Source of the DNA: Bacteroidales bacterium
GTDB lineage: Bacteria > Bacteroidota > Bacteroidia > Bacteroidales > P3
Direction of reading: 5' to 3'
Length of the DNA stretch: 64,000 nucleotides
Assembly: GCA_024400565.1 (NCBI GenBank)
Contig: JAKSMQ010000005.1
Span: forward strand, 651-64,650
This document shows positions 9,185 to 14,321 of this stretch, piece by piece; position 1 is the stretch's first letter; each line of letters starts with the position of its first letter. Under the pieces are notes generated by a model. The model was not told the DNA's origin, searched no databases, and saw only the letters and a program-made list of their open reading frames with translations. Both the position numbers and the translations under genes were made by a program.

Positions 9185-10669
9185 TTAATTACATGTTGCA
9201 ATACAAAATCCAATAATTCCAAATATTACATATATTATTATTTGAACAATACTGCCGCCATATTCGTCCCAAAAAACTCTGAAGCGACTTGTTGGAATAC
9301 CAATTTGACTACACAATTTTTTCAATGTTCTACGATTAGTATTGTATCTTTCTTTGAGGGCGGCATCCATGTCAAATTTGTCCATTAATAATGTGGCATC
9401 CCAGGCGTCTTTGAATGAGCGTCTTATAATAAATATCCTCATACTTCCCAAAGATGAATATTCCTTTTGTACCGCATTAATCTCCTCAATTACATTGTGT
9501 AATGCATTGTTCACCACCTTGGAAGACAAATTCAGATAGTAACTGTTAGTTACACCCAATTTCGCCTTCATTGCTTGCAGTTTCGGCTTGGTATTGTTTA
9601 ACAATGTAACTGAGTGCTCAATCTTGTCGGGTTTTTTACAAAAATCCTTTAACTCTTTGAATATGGCAATAGCTTCCTGCTCGACACCAGCAGGGGGCAG
9701 ATTTTTTTCTTTTTTGGCTAATGTTTCAACAGCCTGTTCGCAGCGGTCTTTGGTGATTTTTCCGACTGCTACTTTTGTGGCATACTCGGCCAGTTTCTTT
9801 GCGTTTAGTACATACTCTCTACTTTCATCACTATTATTGAAATAGTTAATGCTACATTGAAGAATCTGATTTGCCAACTTATCTGCCAATCGTTGATAAT
9901 CAACATCATTTGCACCGACCAACGCAATTAATCGAAGACGAATCCTATGAGTAGAATTACTTAACTCCTTGCCAGCCTCCTCCCATAATTTTGATTCATC
10001 ACCTTTGGTTGCTCTTGCCTTAGATATTGCATTCTCTATGATTTCGAACCGCTTCTGTATGGAATATTTTCGAATATTTTCTACCACCCAAAAATCAATA
10101 GAATTTCCGACATTTTGAAAAACATCGAATGCGTCTATCTCTTCAAAGACTTTGGAGAAGAATGTCTCTGCAAGTTCTTCTTTGGAGATTTGAATTGTAT
10201 CACCCGCAACAGCATTGACAAATCCAGTACGCATATCATCATTCTGAATCATCTTGCCCATGCAAGTTATTGCCGCAATATTCTCACCCGCAATAAACGC
10301 CAATACGCTTCGATTGACTAGTGCAGCGAATGTGTCTCGTTTGGAGAAAAGCTCTAAGGCTTTCTCCTCGTCACCCTTAACAAGATACTCCCATGCCATT
10401 GCTCCAACTGAATCTTCTGGTTTGATGAACCAAAACAAGGCATGAGTCAACTTGCCCTGAGGCAAGTTGATATTTGCTGTTGCTTGTCCAACCGACGCTG
10501 TATCTCGTTCTAACGAAGGCTGCCCACCAACACAATCAAGTGGGAAAGAAACGGTTTTGCTTGCTGCCAAATATGCCTTCAGCTTAGATTGATTGGCCGC
10601 AATTTCTTTGGCACTAGCGTTAGTGGGTACGCCTAATATTCTAAAAGGATTATTGCTAATAATATTCAT
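9185..10669 (-). CDS. tail-anchored J-domain-like protein (no HPD motif), first gene of the Hsp70 operon
   Basis: The N-terminus NPFRILGVPTNASAKEIAANQSKLKAYL matches J-domain helices I-II (YYxILGVxxxASxxEIKxAYRKLA), but the HPD position reads AAS. A long helical middle follows, then a C-terminal hydrophobic anchor IVQIIIYVIFGIIGFCIATCN. Confidence 0.55.
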   Translation of the reverse strand: MNIISNNPFRILGVPTNASAKEIAANQSKLKAYLAASKTVSFPLDCVGGQPSLERDTASVGQATANINLPQGKLTHALFWFIKPEDSVGAMAWEYLVKGDEEKALELFSKRDTFAALVNRSVLAFIAGENIAAITCMGKMIQNDDMRTGFVNAVAGDTIQISKEELAETFFSKVFEEIDAFDVFQNVGNSIDFWVVENIRKYSIQKRFEIIENAISKARATKGDESKLWEEAGKELSNSTHRIRLRLIALVGANDVDYQRLADKLANQILQCSINYFNNSDESREYVLNAKKLAEYATKVAVGKITKDRCEQAVETLAKKEKNLPPAGVEQEAIAIFKELKDFCKKPDKIEHSVTLLNNTKPKLQAMKAKLGVTNSYYLNLSSKVVNNALHNVIEEINAVQKEYSSLGSMRIFIIRRSFKDAWDATLLMDKFDMDAALKERYNTNRRTLKKLCSQIGIPTSRFRVFWDEYGGSIVQIIIYVIFGIIGFCIATCN

Positions 10670-10725
10670 TGTTTAAGTCTTCTTGCTAAAGGACATAAAA
10701 AAAGAACCGCGAACTTTTTGTTCAG

Positions 10726-10831
10726 CCCGAGGTCCTAGGATAACCTACACTACAAACAAGAAAGCCCACGGTATTACCGCGAGCGATTCTCCTTTCTTGT
10801 GTAGTGTACTTGAAATTTCCTAGGTTTCGGG
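10726..10831. repeat. long imperfect inverted repeat (about 106-nt nested hairpin) in the leader of the Hsp70 operon
   Basis: The outer arms CCCGA..TCCTAGGA (10726-10740) pair with TCCTAGG..TCGGG (10818-10831). The inner arms TACACTAC-AA-ACAAGAAAG (10746-10764) pair with CTTTCTTGT-GTAGTGTA (10792-10808). The 27-nt loop contains a small CGG/CCG stem. Confidence 0.6.
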
Positions 10832-10941
10832 TACTGCAAAGAAAAGCGAAAACGCTTTTTTATATGTTATATTTAATTATTTTCTTTCTATTTTATTGTT
10901 TTATAATGTTTTATTGTTGATTAGTATTCTTTTTCAGTTTG

Positions 10942-10949
10942 CAAATATA
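10942..10949 (-). promoter_or_regulatory. candidate Bacteroidetes -7 box (TATATTTG) for the Hsp70 operon
   Basis: The reverse complement of CAAATATA is TATATTTG, matching TAnnTTTG. It lies about 270 nt upstream of the ATG at 10669. A possible -33 TTTG at 10978-10975 sits at non-ideal spacing. Confidence 0.4.
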
Positions 10950-11082
10950 CAAAGATTTTGGAAATTAGTGGTAACAAAATGCTTGAGGACAGGTATTTTT
11001 ATGATACAATAGGGTATCAAGAAGAAATTGGTTTTTATACATCAAATATGTGATGGCTCAACCACAATCATTCTTATGTGCT

Positions 11083-11739
11083 TTATATTACAATCCCGTT
11101 CTCCTTGAGTATTTGCTCGAGATGCTCTATGCGGTCGCGCAAGGCTGCATTCTCGTTTCGAAGCATTTCTATCTGTTGTTTCTGGTTGCTACGATAGCCC
11201 AGTCTGGCCGCTGTCATCCTTTCGCGTATGCCTCCCTCTTCTACAAATTTCCGTTCTAGCTGTTCCTGGTAGGAGGTCATCAGCTTGTCGGTGATATGGC
11301 AGAGGGTAAGCGCCACATTGGCCATCTCCACATCGTCCCACACTTCGAAGTATTGTTCATAGTCCTCCACCTTGTTGTGGACGCGGCAATATTCGAGCAT
11401 AGAACGATAGCGAGGATGCCCCTCGGTCCAAACGGGCAGCTGCCGAGCACCAAGGTAGTCCTGGTAGTCTTCGCGCAGTTCCTTGAGACTTCCGCGGGCA
11501 CAATTGAGCAGTTTTACCTCCATCTCCATACTGGTCACACCATCGGCAGCCCCCTCTACAATATTTTGCTTGCCCGATCGAGCCGCTTGCACCATCTGGT
11601 CAACAGTTCGGTCGCCCTTGCGAAGGAATCGCTCGGTGAACCGATAGGTGAGCATATACAGCGTGTTGGCCTTCTGGTAGAAGTACAGTTCTTCCCAGTG
11701 GGTCTGCTTGCGCAAGAAGGTGGGGTGAGGCGTTGGCAT
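11083..11739 (-). CDS. four-helix-bundle protein (23S rRNA intervening-sequence protein / Avd-like family) with C-terminal coiled-coil extension
   Basis: LYFYQKANTLYMLTYRFTERF...QMVQAARSGKQNIVEGAA is typical of the four-helix-bundle family common in Bacteroidota. A leucine-zipper-like tail QIEMLRNENAALRDRIEHLEQILKE follows. ATG start. Confidence 0.7.
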   Translation of the reverse strand: MPTPHPTFLRKQTHWEELYFYQKANTLYMLTYRFTERFLRKGDRTVDQMVQAARSGKQNIVEGAADGVTSMEMEVKLLNCARGSLKELREDYQDYLGARQLPVWTEGHPRYRSMLEYCRVHNKVEDYEQYFEVWDDVEMANVALTLCHITDKLMTSYQEQLERKFVEEGGIRERMTAARLGYRSNQKQQIEMLRNENAALRDRIEHLEQILKENGIVI

Positions 11740-11768
11740 GATTTTTTTTATTTTTTGGTTTTTTTTGA

Positions 11769-11925
11769 GGGGGGGGATTTTCTAGGGGGGGGGGGCTAGG
11801 ATTTTCTAGGGATTCCTAGGATTTCTAGGGTTTCTAGGGATTCCTAGGGTGGGGGACTATGGGGATGGAATTTCTTGGGGGCTTGGGATTTTGGGATTCT
11901 TGTATTCTTGTGTTCTACCTTGGTT
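11769..11925. repeat. degenerate ~10-bp tandem repeat (ATTYCTAGGG) with G8 and G11 homopolymer tracts
   Basis: CTAGG occurs at 11782, 11796, 11806, 11816, 11825, 11834 and 11844 (spacings 14, 10, 10, 9, 9, 10). G8 is at 11769-11776 and G11 at 11785-11795. The array decays into TTCTTGGGG / TTTTGGGA / TTCTTGT variants up to about 11925. T8/T6/T8 tracts at 11742-11766 precede it. Confidence 0.8.
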
Positions 11926-12027
11926 ATTTTCTTTTTTGTTGTCTCTTGTTGGCATGTGTTTGGTCTATTGATAGCTATAACGTCAAAAGAACCATTTTAT
12001 TATTCTACGTTGGATATATATGAAAAG

Positions 12028-12049
12028 CCCCAGGAGGTATTCCCTGGGG
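12028..12049 (-). terminator. hairpin terminator downstream of the 506-aa gene
   Basis: CCCCAGG (12028-12034) pairs with CCTGGGG (12043-12049). On the minus strand the stem is followed by CTTTTCA. It lies about 40 nt after the stop at 12090. Confidence 0.45.
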
Positions 12050-12089
12050 TTTCAATCTTTCTGGGGCTTCATTTTTCCTCTATGCGAGG

Positions 12090-13610
12090 TTATGCAATGC
12101 ATTTAACCTTGCTGAAGGTGGTTACGATTTGCTCAATCTCCACGGGAATGCTTGTACCCTTGTGGCCCTGGGTGATGGCATCGTAGTATTTTTTCTGGTC
12201 GGCTTTCTTGCATTGAAAGATCTCATAGTGAGAGAGCTCGTCCCTTATCCCGGACTGACGGCAGGTCAGTATCTGAACAGCCTCGGATGAGAGATAGCCC
12301 GCCAGCACCAGAAGAGGACGGATGTTGACCTGAATGCCTTGCACCGAGACGCAGATATGTCGGCTGCCCGGATGGAAAACGCTATCCCATAATTTCGAGC
12401 TTTGTCGGGTTGTAATCTGCGTGCCGGCAAGGAGACGGGAAACGACTTCATTGACCTTCCAGATGGCCAGACTGTCATCGCCACACAGATGGATCATGGC
12501 CTCTTTGAAAACAGCAGTGATTTGCTGCTTGACAGCTGTGTGCTGGCTTTCGCTCAGGGCGAAGAGAGGCTGGTATTCGAAACCTTGAAAAGTGTGGTGG
12601 GAGTTGTAATACTCCAGGAGACGCTCTTTGATGATGTAATTGAAAAATGGTTGAATATCATACTTGATACCCGTTTCATCATCATTTGAAGCGAAACAGC
12701 TCCTGACTAACGATACCGCCAATTCGTCACCGGGAAGTCCATCCTCGTCGATGGTTCGGAAATATTCCTTTCCCGAAGGTGTGGCGCTAAAGGCGTGGTA
12801 TATCTGCGCGTGGACGCGTTGCAGCATATCGGTTGCGAACTTGAACTCCTCCATTGAGACACGCAGCTCGCGTTTGATACCCTCGACACTCGACTCATAA
12901 TAGTCCAAATAAGTTTTGTTGAGTGCACGTTTGCATGCGCCCGAATCATTGATGGTTTCCTTTAACTTTCCCAACGATCGCTGCAGCTTCTGCTTGTAGT
13001 CGGTTAATTTTTCGACCAGGAAGGGCAGGAGCGTGCATTCCTCCTTAAAGATGTAGTGGAATGCTTCGTCGAGCAGATCTTTAATCCTGACAGAAATATC
13101 AAGTTTGGAGAATTTCTCTTTCATGTTCTGAAAGATGCCCCGCACAATATTGTAATAGACATCGAAAGTATCGGAATTGAGTCGGTGGGCCTTCTTGATG
13201 CTACTGATATCAGAGAGCCCGTGTTCATCGCAGAATTTATCTATATCGTTCAGGAAGGAGGGTATCTGATTCAACAGATTTGCACCTTCCTGATTCAATT
13301 TTTCAAGATGTCCATTGACAAGCGTCAGAGCCTCATCCGCTGCCTGATCTGTCTCCCGTGTAAGAGATAAAAGCATCTCGCCAATAGGGTCGGGCTTAAA
13401 CTCGTTTAACTTGACGCTGAATGACTCTCTTGAAATCTCACAGCAGGAATGCGAGATTCCAGGATCGATCTCGAAAAGATTGAGCCAGATTGCCGGGCTG
13501 AAGCCGGAAAGGCTGCCTTTGTAAAATTTTTCTTCAGACTCTTCCTGAATCGGAAGGTTCATTACCTCGTAAATGTGCTCTATCACACTATATTCCAAAT
13601 GATTGATCAT
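12090..13610 (-). CDS. hypothetical protein (506 aa, predicted all-helical, no recognised family)
   Basis: Long uninterrupted ORF. The track start at 13646 is TTG and lies inside the predicted promoter. The ATG at 13610 (MINHLEYSVIEHIYEV) sits about 20 nt downstream of the predicted TSS. Confidence 0.6.
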   Translation of the reverse strand: MINHLEYSVIEHIYEVMNLPIQEESEEKFYKGSLSGFSPAIWLNLFEIDPGISHSCCEISRESFSVKLNEFKPDPIGEMLLSLTRETDQAADEALTLVNGHLEKLNQEGANLLNQIPSFLNDIDKFCDEHGLSDISSIKKAHRLNSDTFDVYYNIVRGIFQNMKEKFSKLDISVRIKDLLDEAFHYIFKEECTLLPFLVEKLTDYKQKLQRSLGKLKETINDSGACKRALNKTYLDYYESSVEGIKRELRVSMEEFKFATDMLQRVHAQIYHAFSATPSGKEYFRTIDEDGLPGDELAVSLVRSCFASNDDETGIKYDIQPFFNYIIKERLLEYYNSHHTFQGFEYQPLFALSESQHTAVKQQITAVFKEAMIHLCGDDSLAIWKVNEVVSRLLAGTQITTRQSSKLWDSVFHPGSRHICVSVQGIQVNIRPLLVLAGYLSSEAVQILTCRQSGIRDELSHYEIFQCKKADQKKYYDAITQGHKGTSIPVEIEQIVTTFSKVKCIA

Positions 13611-13635
13611 AATATAAATTGTTAAAAATTTGGTG

Positions 13636-13643
13636 CAAAGATA
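13636..13643 (-). promoter_or_regulatory. candidate -7 box (TATCTTTG) for the 506-aa gene
   Basis: The reverse complement of CAAAGATA is TATCTTTG, matching TAnnTTTG. It lies 26-33 nt upstream of the ATG at 13610. Confidence 0.5.
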
Positions 13644-13833
13644 CAAGTAAATTATGATAATGCAAGCATATTTATTGAAATTGTCAATAACTATTAGTAG
13701 AATTGTAAGAAATGAGTGTGCTTGAACGGATTTATATATCGGACAGTCAGTATGTTAGATTGCATATTGAAATGTTGTTCGGACCACGATGGCTTAATTT
13801 CTATGCCGACGTGGCGATGTGGGACGAAATTAT

Positions 13834-13873
13834 CTGGAAAACAGCTGGAAAACGAGTACAAAATCTGGAAAAC
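13834..13873 (+). repeat. three direct copies of CTGGAAAAC
   Basis: Copies lie at 13834-13842, 13845-13853 and 13865-13873 (spacing 11 and 20 nt). They sit about 75-110 nt upstream of a plus-strand -7 box. Confidence 0.7.
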
Positions 13874-13946
13874 AGGAGTTATATCGCTGATATACAATGG
13901 TGGAAAAAGAACAGAAGGAACAGAATCTTTCCATAAAAAAAGGTTG

Positions 13947-13954
13947 TATATTTG
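13947..13954 (+). promoter_or_regulatory. candidate -7 box (TATATTTG), plus strand
   Basis: Exact TAnnTTTG match in the 675-bp ORF-poor spacer. It would give a leader of about 360 nt, containing the 11-bp repeat array, ahead of the ATG at 14322. Confidence 0.4.
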
Positions 13955-14107
13955 CAAAATGAAAAAACGATGAGATAAGTTTTTTCGGTCGCAGTTCCCC
14001 GATGGAATAGGGTTGAGCGGACAGATGGTTAAACAAAAAAAATATCGAATAAAAAACAAAGATCCAACAAAAGAATGAGAGGTAGAAATGGAGAAGAAAA
14101 AGGGGTT

Positions 14108-14262
14108 GACTACAAAAGTGGCTGTTTTGACTACAAAAGTACTACAAAAACACTACAAAAACACTACAGAATCTCTACAAAAACACTATTTCGACTCTGA
14201 ATCGACTCTACAATATCTCTACAAAATCACTATATCGTCTCTACAATGTCTCTACAAAACCA
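14108..14262 (+). repeat. array of CTACAA(A/T) motifs in strict 11-bp register (phased A-tracts)
   Basis: CTACA starts at 14110, 14131, 14142, 14153, 14164, 14175, 14208, 14219, 14241 and 14252. From 14131 to 14252 every spacing is a multiple of 11. TCGACTCT is also duplicated 11 nt apart (14191, 14202). Confidence 0.85.
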
Positions 14263-14321
14263 GACACAAGCAATTCCGCCCTCGAGGAGGGCACAAGTTT
14301 AACAATTAAATTTTTATCAAC

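Noticed and set aside
10726-11739. Possibility that the long hairpin is a retron msr/msd, or that the Avd-like four-helix-bundle gene marks a diversity-generating retroelement.
   Set aside because: No reverse-transcriptase ORF exists anywhere in the window, and I could find no template/variable repeat pair. Both ideas lack their essential component.
3418-11848. Recurrence of CTAGGAT-type words at 3418, 10735, 10819 and in the 11782-11848 array, read as possible boundary (att or MITE-like) repeats framing the Hsp70 operon.
   Set aside because: The shared word is only 7-9 nt. It also occurs elsewhere, for example at 58654 and as CTAGG inside priA at 43017. Chance cannot be excluded without genome-wide statistics.
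11875-12186. 103-aa plus-strand ORF (hydrophobic N-terminus) starting in the repeat array.
   Set aside because: It begins inside the degenerate tandem repeat, runs through the terminator hairpin and overlaps the 3' end of the 506-aa gene on the other strand. There is no promoter box or family support.
13694-14059. 121-aa minus-strand ORF and two overlapping plus-strand ORFs (13712-13936, 13716-13973) in the AT-rich spacer.
   Set aside because: They overlap one another. They have hydrophobic, low-complexity, stop-prone AT-rich composition and no start context or family resemblance. They most likely arise by chance.
11769-14262. Possibility that the short repeat arrays (11769-11925 and 14108-14262) are CRISPR arrays.
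   Set aside because: The repeat units are only about 10-11 bp with no unique spacers between them. No cas genes are in the window.
14088-14309. 73-aa ORF running through the CTACAAAA repeat array.
   Set aside because: Its sequence (…TTKVAVLTTKVLQKHYKNTTESLQKHY…) is simply the translation of the 11-bp DNA repeat. The 11-nt period is not a multiple of 3, so the repeat is a DNA- or RNA-level feature, not a peptide repeat.
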